Below, one piece after another: positions 46,617 through 56,091 of a DNA stretch of 57,056 bases. The notes beneath the pieces are model-generated. The model made no database searches, was not told the origin of the DNA, and was given only the letters and a program-made list of their open reading frames with translations. Position numbers and translations under genes: made by a program. The DNA comes from Clostridiales bacterium UBA4706 (lineage in GTDB: Bacteria; Bacillota; Clostridia; Oscillospirales; Oscillospiraceae), in NCBI GenBank assembly GCA_002404605.1, contig DHKA01000080.1, positions 1-57,056 of the forward strand, written 5' to 3'. Position 1 is the stretch's first letter, and each line of letters begins with the position of its first letter.

Positions 46617-48074
46617 TCAGCTCAGTACCGCCATCGCGATCGTCAGAACGACGCCGACGATAACGAACAGGGCAACGAGGAGCTTCCACGCCCACTTCAG
46701 CCAGCTCTCGTAGGGGACGCGCGCCAGCGCAAGACCGCCCATGATGAAGCCGCAGGTCGGGGTGAAGAGGTTGACGAAGCCGTTGGCGGCAACGTTGATC
46801 ATGATGGAGGTCTCTACGCTCCAGCCCATGCCGGCGACGATCGGGGAGACGATCGGGGCGGACAGACCGGCGAGACCGGAGGAGCTGGGAACAAGGAAGC
46901 TGAGACCGACGTGCAGAATGTAGTCGAGCAGACCGAACACACCGGCGGAAACACCGGACTGGCTGAGCGCGGTGACAGAGGCTTCGACCAGCCAGGTGCC
47001 GAGACCGGTGGTGGCCATAATAACGCTGGTGGCGCGGGCCATGCCGATGACGAGGTTGACGGAGACCATGTCGCCGAAGCCGGAAGCGATGAGCTTCATG
47101 AGCTGACCCTTGTCCTCCAGACCGACGATGCCGATGATGATGCCCATGAGCAGGAACCACGTAGCGGCGTCATAGAACCACCAGTCGCCGAAGCCGCAGC
47201 CGGTGAGCCACGCGGTGGTGTGGGAGAAGAAGCCGTAAGCACCGGCGTCTTCGTAGCCGACGAATTCGCCCCAGGGAATGAAGCCGAGGATCATCACGAC
47301 GAAGCTGAGACCGAACAGCCACAGCACGGCCTTCTGACGACCGGTGAGCTTCGCGTTGGCAACATCCGCTCCGCCGTAGGCCTGCTGGCACTCTTCAAGC
47401 TGCGCGGCAGTGAGGATGGAGCCCTTGTTGGCGCGGACCTTCTTCGCATACGCGGTGACGAAGAGAGCGGAGAGAACGTAAGTAAGGAGCCAGAGAATGA
47501 TGCCGATGACATAGGTGGTGCCCATGTTCACCGTGACGCCGACGTCGGTAGCCGCGGCGACGGCAGCGCCGGTCGCAAACGGGTTGATGGTGGAGCCGAG
47601 AACGCCGGAGCCGGCGCCGAGCAGCACGGTGGCCGCGCCGACGATCGGGTCAAAGCCGGCGGCCATCATCGTGGCAGCGAGCAGAATGTAGAAGCCGACG
47701 GTCTCTTCGCCCATGCCGTAGGTCGTGCCGCCGATGGAGAACACGAACATGAGGACCCAGATGAGCACGAGCTCTTTGCCGTGCAGCTTGCGGACGAGCG
47801 TGTGGATGCCGGTCTCGAGAGCGCCGGTGGCGTTCACGATGGCGAGGAACGCGCCGAGACAGAACACGAACGTGATAACGTCGGCTGCGTCTGCCCAGCC
47901 GTTGACGGGAGCCATGAAGATATCGCTGGAGGTGGCGCCGACGACTTCGGCGATCTCGCCGTCCTCACCGGTGTAGGTCTTGCCCGCTGCGATCCACGTG
48001 GCGATCGACACGAGGAGAAGAACGGCGAGCAGGATCGCAAATGTGCTAATGGATCTCTTGGTCTTCTTAGACAT
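46617..48074 (-). CDS. arcD: YfcC/DcuC-type transporter, putative arginine/ornithine antiporter of the ADI operon
   Basis: About 485 aa polytopic protein with YfcC-family character, located as the last gene of arcABC. Substrate is inferred from context only. Confidence 0.65.
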   Translation of the reverse strand: MSKKTKRSISTFAILLAVLLLVSIATWIAAGKTYTGEDGEIAEVVGATSSDIFMAPVNGWADAADVITFVFCLGAFLAIVNATGALETGIHTLVRKLHGKELVLIWVLMFVFSIGGTTYGMGEETVGFYILLAATMMAAGFDPIVGAATVLLGAGSGVLGSTINPFATGAAVAAATDVGVTVNMGTTYVIGIILWLLTYVLSALFVTAYAKKVRANKGSILTAAQLEECQQAYGGADVANAKLTGRQKAVLWLFGLSFVVMILGFIPWGEFVGYEDAGAYGFFSHTTAWLTGCGFGDWWFYDAATWFLLMGIIIGIVGLEDKGQLMKLIASGFGDMVSVNLVIGMARATSVIMATTGLGTWLVEASVTALSQSGVSAGVFGLLDYILHVGLSFLVPSSSGLAGLSAPIVSPIVAGMGWSVETSIMINVAANGFVNLFTPTCGFIMGGLALARVPYESWLKWAWKLLVALFVIVGVVLTIAMAVLS

Positions 48075-48152
48075 GATTTGAACCCCTCTCTTAAAATTTT
48101 GTTCGGACTTCGCTGGAATCGGAGATCGATGCGAAACGGGACAAAAATTTGC

Positions 48153-49091
48153 TTACCGGGTAATGACCGTGCCGGTCTTGCCTTCGAGAGCGTCGGCGGC
48201 GCGGGCCAGGGAAGTGATGAGCGCGGTTCCGCCATGGTCGTTGTTCTTCACAAACTCCATGCAGGACTCGACCTTCGGCAGCATGCTTCCGGGGGCGAAC
48301 TGGCCTTCGGCGATATACTTCTCGCACTCGGCGATCGTCATGGAGGAGAGCTCCTTCTGGTCGTGCTTATTGTAGTTGACGCACACGGCGTCCACAGCGG
48401 TGAGGATGATGAGACGGTCGGCACGCACGTCCTGCGCGAGCAGGGAGCTGGCGCGGTCCTTGTCGATGACGGCTGCGACGCCGCGCAGACCCTCTTCGGT
48501 CTCAACGACGGGGATGCCGCCGCCGCCGACGGTGATGACGATGTCACCGGCGCGCACGAGCTGATCGACAACGTTCAGCTCCACGATGCGCTTGGGGATC
48601 GGGGAAGGGACGACACGGCGGTAGCCGCGTCCGGCGTCCTCGACGAAGATGAAGCCCTTCTCCTCGGCGATCTTCTCGGCCTCTTCTTTTGCATAGAAGC
48701 TGCCGACGGGCTTCGTCGGGTGCCGGAAGCCGGGGTCCTTCTCGTCAACGACGACCTGCGTCACAACGGTGGCGCATTCCTTCTCGATGCCGCGGCTCTT
48801 CAGCTCCTGCTGAATGGCCTGCTGCAGATGGTAGCCGATATAGCCCTGCGTCATGGCGCCGCACTCGGGGAACGGCATGAACGGCGTTCCGCCGCCCTTG
48901 TTGGCGGAGAACTCCATCGCCAGGTTAATCATGCCGACCTGCGGGCCGTTGCCGTGGCCGATGATGACTTCGTAGCCCTTCTCGACGAGATCGACGATCG
49001 GGCGGGCGGTGCTGCGGACAAGCTCGAGCTGCTGCTCGGGGGTCTTGCCAAGAGCATTTCCTCCGAGAGCGACAACAATTCTTTCAGCCAT
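48153..49091 (-). CDS. arcC: carbamate kinase
   Basis: RIVVALGGNAL...GHGNGPQVG...GGGGIPV carbamate kinase motifs. Confidence 0.95.
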   Translation of the reverse strand: MAERIVVALGGNALGKTPEQQLELVRSTARPIVDLVEKGYEVIIGHGNGPQVGMINLAMEFSANKGGGTPFMPFPECGAMTQGYIGYHLQQAIQQELKSRGIEKECATVVTQVVVDEKDPGFRHPTKPVGSFYAKEEAEKIAEEKGFIFVEDAGRGYRRVVPSPIPKRIVELNVVDQLVRAGDIVITVGGGGIPVVETEEGLRGVAAVIDKDRASSLLAQDVRADRLIILTAVDAVCVNYNKHDQKELSSMTIAECEKYIAEGQFAPGSMLPKVESCMEFVKNNDHGGTALITSLARAADALEGKTGTVITR

Positions 49092-49103
49092 TGTTTCTAT
49101 TCC

Positions 49104-50096
49104 TTACTTCAGCGTGGCGTACATCACAGCCTTGATGGTGTGCATACGGTTTTCGGCTTCCTGGAACTGGCGGGCCTGGTGACCGAGGAACACGTCGTCG
49201 GTGACTTCCATCGCCTCGAGACCGAACTTCTGGTAGATATCCTCACCCACGGTCGTCTCGCGGTCGTGGAAGGAGGGCAGACAGTGCTCAAAGATCGCGG
49301 TGGGCTTCGCCATGGCCATGACTTCCTTGTTGACCTGGTAGGGACGAAGCAGCTTGATGCGCTTCTCCCAGAGCTCGGCGGGTTCGCCCATGGACAGCCA
49401 AATGTCGGTGTAGAGAACATCGCAGTCTTTCGCGCCCTGCGCGACGTCGTCGGTGAACTCGAGCACCGCGCCGGTCTCGGCGGCGACGGCCTGGCACTTT
49501 TCGATCAGCCACTGCTCAGGCATGAGCTCCTTCGGGCCGCAGGCGCAGAAGTGCATGCCGAGCTTCGCGCTGACGACCATGAGGGAGTTGGCAACGTTAT
49601 TGCGGGCGTCGCCGAAGAAGGTGAGCTTGCGGCCGCGCATGTCGCCGAACTCTTCGCGGGCGGTCATGATGTCGGCGAGCATCTGCGTGGGATGGAACTG
49701 GTCGGTTAGGCCGTTCCACACGGGAACGCCGGAGTACTTCGCAAGATCTTCCACGACGGACTGCTTGAAGCCGCGGTACTCAATGCCGTCGAACATGCGG
49801 CCGAGGACCTTCGCGGTGTCGGCGAGAGATTCCTTCTTGCCCATCTGGGAGGAGCCGGAATCAAGGAACGTGACGCCCATGCCGAGATCGCGCGCGCCGA
49901 CTTCAAAGGCGCAGCGGGTGCGGGTGGAGGTCTTTTCGAAGAGCAGGACGATCTGCTTGTCGGAGAGCCACTTGTGCTCCACACCGTTGTTCTTCAGACG
50001 CTTGAACTCAACGGCGAGGTCGATGAGGTAATTGATTTCTTCCGGGGTGAAGTCAAGAAGAGTGAGAAAGCTCCTGCCGCGAATGTTGAGACCCAT
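49104..50096 (-). CDS. arcB: ornithine carbamoyltransferase (catabolic by context)
   Basis: FEKTSTRTR, HPTQ, DVLYTDIW and HCLP motifs. Confidence 0.95.
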   Translation of the reverse strand: MGLNIRGRSFLTLLDFTPEEINYLIDLAVEFKRLKNNGVEHKWLSDKQIVLLFEKTSTRTRCAFEVGARDLGMGVTFLDSGSSQMGKKESLADTAKVLGRMFDGIEYRGFKQSVVEDLAKYSGVPVWNGLTDQFHPTQMLADIMTAREEFGDMRGRKLTFFGDARNNVANSLMVVSAKLGMHFCACGPKELMPEQWLIEKCQAVAAETGAVLEFTDDVAQGAKDCDVLYTDIWLSMGEPAELWEKRIKLLRPYQVNKEVMAMAKPTAIFEHCLPSFHDRETTVGEDIYQKFGLEAMEVTDDVFLGHQARQFQEAENRMHTIKAVMYATLK

Positions 50097-50166
50097 AATA
50101 ATTTACCCTCCTATAGGAAATGATTGTAATGTGTGTTATATGAATGGGTTTATTCGGTGAATGGAA

Positions 50167-51396
50167 TTATTCGGCGCGGATGATCGGCATGGACATGCAG
50201 CGCGGACCGCCGCGGCCGCGGGAAAGCTCGGCGGACGGCATTTCGAGGACCTGGATGCCCTCGTCGCGGAGAATGGCGTTGGTCACGTCGTTGCGCTCGT
50301 AAACAACGATCTTGCCCGGCGCGATGCACAGCGTGTTGGAGCCGTCGTTCCACTGCTCACGGGCCGAGGCGATGAGATCGTCGCCGCCGCAGTTGATGAG
50401 CTTGACGCGGTCGGTGCGGGTGTACTTCGCGAGAATGTCCTCCAGCTTGGAGTCGATGCGGCGGATGTGGAGATCGGTCGGATCGCTCACGCCCGGGGTG
50501 ATCTCATAAACGGTGAGAGGCCCGAGGATCGCCGGATGGATCGTGTACTTGTCGTAGTCGATCTGGGTGAACACGGTGTCGAGATGCATAAACGCGCGGC
50601 AGCTCGGGATGTCGAACGCGAGCACGGTGCGGATCTTCGCTTCGGGATCGGCGAAGAGATTGCGGGCCGCGATCTCGATGGCGTCCGGAGAGGTGCGCTG
50701 GGAGATGCCGATCGCGATCGTGTCCTCGGTGAGGTTGAGAACGTCGCCGCCCTCAATGTTGGCGTGATCGTCGCGGTCGTAGTAGCGCTTGACCAGACCT
50801 TCAAAGTCGGGGTGGAAGCGGAAAATGTAGTCGGCGTAAATGGTCTCGCGGCAGCGGGTCGGGAAGCGCATCTTGTGCAGGAACACGCCGTTGCCGACGG
50901 ACGCGAACGGGTCGCGGGTGAAGTAGAGGTTGGGCATCGGATCGACGATCAGATCGTCCGCCGGGGCGATCAGATCCTGCAGGGAGTAGGCGGAAGCGCC
51001 GCCCATTTCCTTGAGCGTGATGCCTTCCATCGTCTTTTCAACGAGCGCCTTGCCTTCAAAATTGCTGATGAGGTATTCATACAGCTTGTCCTGCCAGCGG
51101 CGGGTCTTGATGTTGCCCTCGGAGAGCCACTGATAAAGGAAGGGCTTCGTCTGCTCGGGGTGGAGCTTGAGGACCTCTGCCATCAGATCTTCGAGATACA
51201 CGACCTCGGTGCCGTTGCTGCGCAGGATCTGCGCGAAAGCGTCGTGCTCCTGCTGGGCGACCTTGAGGAACGGGATATCGTCAAAGAGAAGCTCCGGCAG
51301 ACGGTCCGGCGTCAGATGAAGAAGTTCACGGCCGGGACGGTGAAGAAGCACTTTTTTCAGCGGCTTGATCTCGCTGCGAACGCAAATACCTTTCAT
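50167..51396 (-). CDS. arcA: arginine deiminase
   Basis: SEIKPLKKVLLHRPG...NLYFTRD...EGGDVL...RGGPRCMSMP with the catalytic Cys. Confidence 0.95.
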   Translation of the reverse strand: MKGICVRSEIKPLKKVLLHRPGRELLHLTPDRLPELLFDDIPFLKVAQQEHDAFAQILRSNGTEVVYLEDLMAEVLKLHPEQTKPFLYQWLSEGNIKTRRWQDKLYEYLISNFEGKALVEKTMEGITLKEMGGASAYSLQDLIAPADDLIVDPMPNLYFTRDPFASVGNGVFLHKMRFPTRCRETIYADYIFRFHPDFEGLVKRYYDRDDHANIEGGDVLNLTEDTIAIGISQRTSPDAIEIAARNLFADPEAKIRTVLAFDIPSCRAFMHLDTVFTQIDYDKYTIHPAILGPLTVYEITPGVSDPTDLHIRRIDSKLEDILAKYTRTDRVKLINCGGDDLIASAREQWNDGSNTLCIAPGKIVVYERNDVTNAILRDEGIQVLEMPSAELSRGRGGPRCMSMPIIRAE

Positions 51397-51618
51397 GATT
51401 TGAATCTCCTACATAGTGTTATTGGCTGTACCGGCCCGTAGCGCTTCCGCACCGGCGCAGGGATTTACTATCCCTATCATATCCGAGGAAAGCTGAAATA
51501 TTGGAAGAACCGTGCGGAAGAAATTGTATATTTCTGCACTTATCGTTGTACAGAAAATCAACAGTTTTACGCTTTTTCGGCCGTCATTTTCCACGCTTTA
51601 CCTTCGTAAAAAAATAAA

Positions 51619-51647
51619 AATTCCCGCCGAAAAATCCTGGCGGGAAT
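51619..51647 (-). terminator. intrinsic terminator downstream of argS
   Basis: On the minus strand: ATTCCCGCC-aggatttttc-GGCGGGAAT followed by TTTTATTTTTTT. Confidence 0.75.
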
Positions 51648-51740
51648 GGAAAAAACGATGAATGGCGGGGAATATCCCCAAAAACGACGCGAAAAAACTG
51701 GAACAATGTCAGCAAAAATGCCGCAAGGCAAGAGAAAAGC

Positions 51741-51770
51741 CGCCTTTCGGCGGCTTTTCTCATTTTCCTG
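51741..51770 (-). terminator. terminator hairpin downstream of argS
   Basis: GAGAAAAGCCGCC-tttc-GGCGGCTTTTCTC. Confidence 0.65.
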
Positions 51771-51869
51771 CCATACATACCGTCCGAAGGGCGGTTGTAC
51801 GGTCACGATTTTATCGGATTGTATATTTTTGGTGTTTTGTGCGGTTTGTGAAAAATCACAGACGGGAAA

Positions 51870-53528
51870 TTACATGGTCTCCGGAGCGGAAACGCCGATG
51901 AGAGCGAGCGCGTTTTTGAGCGTGATCATTGTCGCCTTGATGAGGCCGAGACGCTGATTGGTGAGCTCGGGATCGTCGGGGTTGTTGACCTTCGTGGAGT
52001 TATAATAGCTGTGGAACACCTTAACGAGCGAGATGATATACTCGGTCATCTTGTTCGGCTTGCGGTTGAGCGCGTCGGCGGCGACCTCCTTCGGGAACTC
52101 GCTGATCATCTTGAGCAGCTGCAGCTCCTTCTCATCGGTCAGACGGTCATAGGAATCGACCGGCTTGAATTCGGGGATCTGGGGATTCTTGAGGATCGAG
52201 CACATGCGCGAGTAGGCATACTGCGCGTAGTACACGGGGTTGTTGTTGTCCTTGGAACGGGCGAGCTTGAGATCAAGATCCATGTGCGTCGCAACATCCT
52301 TGGAGACGAAGAACCAGCGTGCGGCGTCCACGCCGATATCCTCGCACAGCTCGCGGATGGTGATCGCGTTGCCGGTGCGCTTGGACATCTTGACTTCCTT
52401 ACCGTCTTCGACCATGCGGACCATCTGGATAAGGTCGACAGAGAGCGTGCCCTCCGGATAGCCGAGAGCGGTGAGGGCATTCTGCATGCGGGTGACGTAG
52501 GAGTGGTGGTCGGCGCCCCAGAGATTGACGAGCAGCGGGTAGCCGCGCTCGATCTTGTAAACGTGGTTGGCGATATCAGGCGTCAGATAGGAGAGTGTGC
52601 CGTCGCTCTTGCGGAGGACACGGTCCTTGTCGTCGCCGTAGTCGGTGCTCTTGAACCAGAGCGCGCCGTCCTTTTCGTAGGTGAGACCCATGTCGGCCAT
52701 GTGCTGCAGACAGTCGTTGATGCGCTTGGCGTTGTTCTCATAGAAGAAAGTCTCGTGCATCCAGCTCTGCATCGTGACGCGGTAGGCCTTGAGATCGCGG
52801 TCGATCTTTTCGAGTTCTTTCTTCTTGCCGTAGTCCATGAAGTGCGCGAGACGCTCCTTCGGATCGGCGGTGAGCCACTTGTCGCCCTCTTCCTCGGCGA
52901 GTTGCGCGGCGATGACCTTGATGTCGTCGGCGTGGTAGCCGCCTTCGGGCAGGGGGTATTCCTTGCCGAAGTGCTCAAAGTAGCGGGCGGTGAGCGATTC
53001 GCCGAGCATGACGATCTGGTTGCCGGCGTCGTTGACGTAGAACTCGCGCAGCACATCCCAGCCGCTGGCCTCCATCATACGTGCGATGCAGTCGCCCCAG
53101 GCGGCGTTGCGGGCGTGGCCGCAGTGCAGATCGCCGGTCGGGTTGGCGGAGACCCACTCGAGCAGCAGGTGCTTGCCCTTGCCGGAATCGTTCTTGCCGT
53201 AATCGTCGCCGGCGGCGAGAACATCGTTGATGACGGCGGTAAGCGCGCTCGCCTTGAGCTTGAAGTTGATGAAGCCGGGGCGGGCGACGGTGACGGATTC
53301 GCACTCGGGCAGCAGCTCCGCGAGCTTGGCGACGAGCGGCTCGGCGATCTCCATCGGGTTGCGTCGGAGAGTACGCGACAGCTTCATGGCAATGCTGGTG
53401 GAATAGTCGCCCAGCTTGGTGTCCTGCGGCGTCTCAACGACGAGCTGGCCCTCCGTCACATCCAGATCATAGACCTCTTTTACGGCCTTCTGCGCGGCGG
53501 CGTAAATCTTGCTTCCAAAGTCGTTCAT
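51870..53528 (-). CDS. argS: arginine--tRNA ligase
   Basis: Class I motifs: HCGH in SANPTGDLHCGHARN and MSKR in KMSKRTG. About 550 aa. Strong RBS AAGGAGAG. Confidence 0.95.
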   Translation of the reverse strand: MNDFGSKIYAAAQKAVKEVYDLDVTEGQLVVETPQDTKLGDYSTSIAMKLSRTLRRNPMEIAEPLVAKLAELLPECESVTVARPGFINFKLKASALTAVINDVLAAGDDYGKNDSGKGKHLLLEWVSANPTGDLHCGHARNAAWGDCIARMMEASGWDVLREFYVNDAGNQIVMLGESLTARYFEHFGKEYPLPEGGYHADDIKVIAAQLAEEEGDKWLTADPKERLAHFMDYGKKKELEKIDRDLKAYRVTMQSWMHETFFYENNAKRINDCLQHMADMGLTYEKDGALWFKSTDYGDDKDRVLRKSDGTLSYLTPDIANHVYKIERGYPLLVNLWGADHHSYVTRMQNALTALGYPEGTLSVDLIQMVRMVEDGKEVKMSKRTGNAITIRELCEDIGVDAARWFFVSKDVATHMDLDLKLARSKDNNNPVYYAQYAYSRMCSILKNPQIPEFKPVDSYDRLTDEKELQLLKMISEFPKEVAADALNRKPNKMTEYIISLVKVFHSYYNSTKVNNPDDPELTNQRLGLIKATMITLKNALALIGVSAPETM

Positions 53529-53592
53529 TCAAATACTCTCCTTACATTTATATACTGCCGTAGAATTGGTGCGAGTATACATACGTCCCATT

Positions 53593-53620
53593 ACTATATC
53601 ATAAAATGCCCTTTATGCAA
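53593..53620 (-). promoter_or_regulatory. candidate argS promoter (TTGCAT-16-TGaTATAGT)
   Basis: On the minus strand: -35 at 53620-53615, extended -10 at 53601-53593. Leader is about 60 nt. No T-box motif seen. Confidence 0.45.
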
Positions 53621-53720
53621 CCCCTTTCTGCCGAAAATCGTTGTACGACGGCGCTTTTCGATTGACAGTACGAGCGATTTGTGGTAATTTTTTTGAGCAC
53701 GCGGCCGTTCGGCGCGCCAT

Positions 53721-53791
53721 GGGGAGTTACCGAAGCGGTCATAACGGGGCGGTCTTGAAAACGGGAGAGTATTTTGGAAACCATTTTCCAA
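53721..53791 (+). other. degenerate tRNA-Ser-like 5' half (acceptor 5' strand, D-arm, TGA anticodon loop) plus a hairpin
   Basis: GGGGAGTTACCGAAGCGGTCATAACGGGGCGGTCTTGAAAACGGGAG aligns with the 5' half of the intact tRNA-Ser. No matching 3' acceptor strand or T-arm follows. Confidence 0.5.
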
Positions 53792-53901
53792 TTTTTCCTG
53801 TGTTTTCAATGGGTTGCGGCTACGAGAAATTAAGAGAAAATCGGGATTTCTCTCCAAGTTTCTCTCCTTTTTCCGAGGAACGTTGGAGCGAGAATATATT
53901 T

Positions 53902-53997
53902 GGAGATGTACCCAAGCGGCTGAAGGGACCGGTCTTGAAAATCGGGAGGCCGGCGTAGAAAACCGGCGCGGGGGTTCAAATCCCTCCATCTCCGCCA
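53902..53997 (+). tRNA. tRNA-Ser (anticodon UGA), CCA encoded
   Basis: Hand-folded. Acceptor GGAGATG/CATCTCC; D-arm CCC..GGG; anticodon arm CCGGT-CTTGAAA-ATCGG; long variable arm; T-arm GGGGG-TTCAAAT-CCCTC; discriminator G, then CCA. Confidence 0.9.
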
Positions 53998-53998
53998 G

Positions 53999-54030
53999 TC
54001 AGAGCAAAGTTCGCTTTGCTCTGATTTTTT
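53999..54030 (+). terminator. intrinsic terminator after tRNA-Ser
   Basis: TCAGAGCAAAG-ttcg-CTTTGCTCTGA followed by TTTTTT. Confidence 0.8.
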
Positions 54031-54040
54031 ATTTGCCGCA

Positions 54041-55207
54041 TCAGGAAATCGCGTTCAAAGCCCCCTGCAAACCGTTTGCCATAGCCGCTGCCGAGAGCCG
54101 TTTGGAATTGCATTCCAAGTGCGCATAGACATTGGCTGTGGTGGAAAAGTCGCTGTGACCGAGCCATTCCTGAATCTGCTTCATGGGGACGCCGTTGGCC
54201 AGCAGCAAACTGGCACAGCTGTGACGAAGATCGTGATAGCGAATTTTCCGCAGGCCGTGCTTCTTTAGAAGCTTCGCAAAGGCTTCGGTAAGATAATGCG
54301 GGGAGAGCAGCTTTCCCATTTCATCCACACAGATGAACCCCAGATAGTCCTTGTTATAGCTTTTGCCGCACACACACTTTAATTCGTCCTGCTGTTTCTT
54401 CTTATGCAGCAAAAGCTCCTTGAAAGCCGGGATCAGGGGCAGCGTTCTCATGCTGGATTTCGTTTTGGTTATGTCCTGGGCCTTCTGCACTCGCTTTCCG
54501 TCAATGTAACAGGACACAACCGTATGTCGGATGGTAATCGTGTCGTTCTGGAAGTCGATGGCATCCCATTTCAGGCCGATAGCCTCGCTTCTGCGCAGAC
54601 CATAAAACGCTCCGAGAAAGATGGGGATTTCAAGCTTACTCCCTTTTGCGGCTTCAAAGAGTTTCTGGACTTCGGCACTATCGTAAAAGCTGCCGACAAA
54701 CGGGGCGGCTTTGGGGCGATCCACCTTGTCCACCGGGTTGGCATCGATTAGTTCAATTTTTACGGCATACTTCAGCGCCCGGTGCAGGAGCGTGTGATAG
54801 TGGATCACTGTTCTTGCAGAAACCCGTTCCAACTGTTTCAGATAGAATGCTTGAATGTCGATGGCTTTCAGTTCGGCGAGTGGGATCGCTTTCTTCTCAA
54901 AATAGGGAACAACAATTTTCTGTACAATGGACGAGTAAGAAGCATAGGTCGTGGTGGCAACCGTCGGCTTGATAATTTGCAGCCATTGGAGCATGTAATC
55001 CGAAAAATTGATTTCTGCATCTATCGGCTTCTCCACCGGGGCAAACGTCTGACGAACCTCTGACAGCATTTTCTCGGCTTTCTTTTTGTTCCCCTTTACC
55101 GGAAGCTTGGTTGAAATCCATTTGTTTTTCCGTTTTCCATTTGCGCTTGGGTAGGATAGCACCATGTAATAGATGCCGTTTTTTTCTTGCAGATGTCCTG
55201 CTACCAT
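54041..55207 (-). CDS. int: tyrosine site-specific integrase (Tn916/phage-integrase family)
   Basis: N-terminal SAM-like domain. Catalytic residues in context: GLRRSE, HDLRHSCASLL, LGHSDFSTTANVYAH. Confidence 0.9.
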   Translation of the reverse strand: MVAGHLQEKNGIYYMVLSYPSANGKRKNKWISTKLPVKGNKKKAEKMLSEVRQTFAPVEKPIDAEINFSDYMLQWLQIIKPTVATTTYASYSSIVQKIVVPYFEKKAIPLAELKAIDIQAFYLKQLERVSARTVIHYHTLLHRALKYAVKIELIDANPVDKVDRPKAAPFVGSFYDSAEVQKLFEAAKGSKLEIPIFLGAFYGLRRSEAIGLKWDAIDFQNDTITIRHTVVSCYIDGKRVQKAQDITKTKSSMRTLPLIPAFKELLLHKKKQQDELKCVCGKSYNKDYLGFICVDEMGKLLSPHYLTEAFAKLLKKHGLRKIRYHDLRHSCASLLLANGVPMKQIQEWLGHSDFSTTANVYAHLECNSKRLSAAAMANGLQGALNAIS

Positions 55208-55234
55208 AAAAATACTCCTCCTTTATGTAGGTCG

Positions 55235-55292
55235 ATTGGACTTCTGCTGTTGGCAGATACCAGTTTATCTGGTTCAGCAGCAGAAGTCCAAT
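55235..55292. other. 58-nt extended stem-loop between xis and int
   Basis: ATTGGACTTCTGCTG / CAGCAGAAGTCCAAT perfect 15-bp arms with an inner CAGATA / TATCTG stem. Confidence 0.7.
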
Positions 55293-55298
55293 GTGCGA

Positions 55299-55520
55299 TT
55301 AGGAAACCGGTGAGGATTTCATAACCAAGCGCATATACGAAAGAAGGTGTGCTTTGGGAATTCGATAAGAGCGCCCGACTTTCAGGCTCTTGATCTTGTT
55401 TTCCCGGATCAGTTTGTAGCCGGTCTTTGTGCTGATACCCAGCGCCCGACTCATTTCCTCCACGGTCAGCACATCCGGATAGTCTTTTAGGACACTCCGA
55501 TAAACATCGCTAAACCCCAT
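55299..55520 (-). CDS. xis: excisionase-family HTH DNA-binding protein
   Basis: LTVEEMSRALGISTKTGYKLIRENKIKSLKVGRSYRIPK is the excisionase/MerR-like HTH_17 pattern. Lies immediately upstream of int. Confidence 0.8.
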   Translation of the reverse strand: MGFSDVYRSVLKDYPDVLTVEEMSRALGISTKTGYKLIRENKIKSLKVGRSYRIPKAHLLSYMRLVMKSSPVS

Positions 55521-55702
55521 TTTTTGCCTCCTGTATAAATAGATTGTAAATCTGATGAATCGGGAGAAGGAGAGTCTGTTGTTTCTTTCGGCAGATGAGA
55601 AGAAAATATGTCGAAAAATGACGAAAAGAGGCGATAAAGACCGATTTATCTGTTATTGGCTCTATCATCTTCTTAAATCTTTGGATTTGGGAGGATATAC
55701 CA

Positions 55703-56050
55703 ATGACCGCTGTACAGGACATTCTGCGATCTTTTGGCATTACAAGATGCTACAAAGGCTTTAAACACACCGAGTACGCCATCTGTCTGGCCGTCCAGGA
55801 TGAGTCCCGTCTGGAGGCGATCACAAAAGAGATCTACATGGAAACGGCAGCTCACTTTGAATGCAATTGGACAGCCGTCGAAAGAAACATCCGCACCGCC
55901 GTTTCCCGTGCATGGTCTGTCAATCCCGATCTGCTCTGCCAGATGGCAGGGTATCCATTGGAATTTGAACCCACTTCCTCACAATTTATCGAGATAATCT
56001 CTTCCTACATAATTCGTTCGCGCCAGCCGCAGCCTCTTGTTCTGCCTTAA
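55703..56050 (+). CDS. Spo0A C-terminal (DNA-binding) domain-like protein
   Basis: GITRCYKGFKHTEYAICLAV...IYMETAAHF...AVERNIRTAV matches the Spo0A_C helix pattern. RBS GGGAGGA. Confidence 0.7.
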   Translation: MTAVQDILRSFGITRCYKGFKHTEYAICLAVQDESRLEAITKEIYMETAAHFECNWTAVERNIRTAVSRAWSVNPDLLCQMAGYPLEFEPTSSQFIEIISSYIIRSRQPQPLVLP

Positions 56051-56091
56051 TCCGTTTTACTTTCTCGACAGATTCTTATAGATAGCTTTTC

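Noticed and set aside
46524-49709. 1061-aa ORF antisense to arcD, arcC and arcB
   Set aside because: It lies antisense to three well-supported ADI genes. Its translation is G/D/A/E/H-rich and low in complexity.
53529-53900. Possible T-box leader upstream of argS
   Set aside because: argS often has a T-box in Firmicutes. I found no T-box sequence (AAnnnGGGTGGTACCGCG) or terminator/antiterminator pair on the minus strand. A promoter-like motif about 60 nt from the start suggests a short leader.
53594-53989. 131-aa ORF (MEGFEPP...) on the minus strand
   Set aside because: It is the antisense translation of tRNA-Ser and the tRNA-like fragment. MEGFEPP is the usual reverse read of a T-arm. It is not a gene.
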